A program made the translations under genes and the position numbers. From the NCBI GenBank assembly GCA_041662125.1, contig JBAZTA010000003.1, positions 71,992 through 135,991 on the forward strand: a DNA stretch of 64,000 nucleotides, given 5' to 3'. Under the pieces are notes generated by a model. That model saw only the letters and a program-made list of their open reading frames with translations, did no database searches and was not told where the DNA came from. Origin of the DNA: Candidatus Omnitrophota bacterium. Its GTDB lineage: Bacteria > Omnitrophota > Gorgyraeia > Gygaellales > Profunditerraquicolaceae. Position 1 is the first letter of the stretch, and each line of letters starts with the position of its first letter. Below, in pieces: positions 63,620 through 64,000 of the stretch.

Positions 63620-64000
63620 TCCAGTTCCAATTTCCTTTCTTTATCGTGGGAATGTGTTTTATTCCCTTCCTTGCTGGCGCAGCGAGCCCTGAATTTCGCC
63701 CAGTCCCTGAGCTGATCAATATTTTCTTTCATGGTAACTGATAAAGGCACGCTTTGCTTGATATTTGTCACGATATCCGTAGTCGTTATATCCCTGTTCT
63801 CAAGAAAAGCGTCATACATCGCTGAAATGACCGCTTGTTCGATCTCGGCCCCGCTGAAACCCGTGCTTTCTTTGGCGAGTAACTCCAGATCGAATTTTAC
63901 GGGGTCACGCTTGCGTTTTTTTATATGGATGCCAAAGATGTCCCTGCGGTCACTTTCTGATGGCAAGTCAACAAAGAAAATTTCGTCGAAACGCCCTTTT
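63616..64000 (-). CDS. AAA+ ATPase, Ycf46/CbbX-like (C-terminal part; gene continues beyond the window end)
   Basis: The C-terminal AAA lid (FDEIFFVDLPSESDRRDIFGIHI...LAKESTGFSGAEIEQAVISAMYDAF) overlaps the next gene by 4 nt. Confidence 0.75.
   Translation of the reverse strand, partial: KGRFDEIFFVDLPSESDRRDIFGIHIKKRKRDPVKFDLELLAKESTGFSGAEIEQAVISAMYDAFLENRDITTTDIVTNIKQSVPLSVTMKENIDQLRDWAKFRARCASKEGNKTHSHDKERKLELE

Noticed and set aside
1-64000. CRISPR arrays, prophage or transposon content
   Set aside because: No direct-repeat/spacer periodicity was found, and no integrase, transposase or phage structural genes. The small excisionase-family HTH at 55531-55773 stands alone next to coaX, without an integrase or att-like repeats.

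Overview
All supported genes in this 64 kb bacterial window are on the minus strand, and the ~42% GC sequence has no CRISPR array, transposase or integrase. From low to high coordinate the window contains: (1) The 3' end of an aromatic amino-acid operon (tyrA partial, DAHP synthase, hisC-type aminotransferase, pheA). (2) scpB, ruvA, ruvC and yebC. (3) A long type-A RNase P RNA, RNase HI, a COG1579 zinc-ribbon protein and two tRNAs (Val-CAC, CAT). (4) A cobalamin salvage/uptake locus: cobO, BtuFCD-like ABC importer, cobC, cobU, cobT, cobS, a PP-loop ATPase, a candidate cobalamin riboswitch, a BtuB-like TonB-dependent receptor and TonB. (5) Envelope lipid and glycan genes (pcm, GT2, LpxL-like acyltransferase, MGDG-synthase-like GT28). 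(6) A GAF/HD-GYP phosphodiesterase plus a CheY-like receiver placed directly beside a complete T2SS-like cluster. The cluster runs gspE (with an MshEN-type c-di-GMP-binding N-terminus), F, G, H, I, J, K, a fused PilM/PilN (GspL-like) gene, M/PilO, a small MerR-like ORF, gspA/exeA, a GspC/PilP-like gene, and a secretin that carries a C-terminal TonB_C domain paralogous to the local TonB. A signal-peptide protein that may be its cargo and envelope glycosylation genes lie upstream. (7) Two paralogous 7TM-GAF histidine kinases with receivers, bracketing two methyltransferases (one ICMT-type) and two hotdog thioesterases. (8) A cluster of a B12-radical SAM enzyme, an SRPBCC-reductase, PlsC and a reductase paralog. 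(9) coaX, uvrB, nadC and valS. (10) A DUF2997/DUF1257/zinc-ribbon/Ycf46-like AAA ATPase module. I also see a ~55-90 nt structured element repeated three times in intergenic DNA and a large ~125 nt perfect-stem hairpin in the btuF leader. The T2SS-like system, with its TonB_C-bearing secretin, the adjacent HD-GYP/receiver genes and the MshEN-type GspE N-terminus, is the most novel candidate system here.
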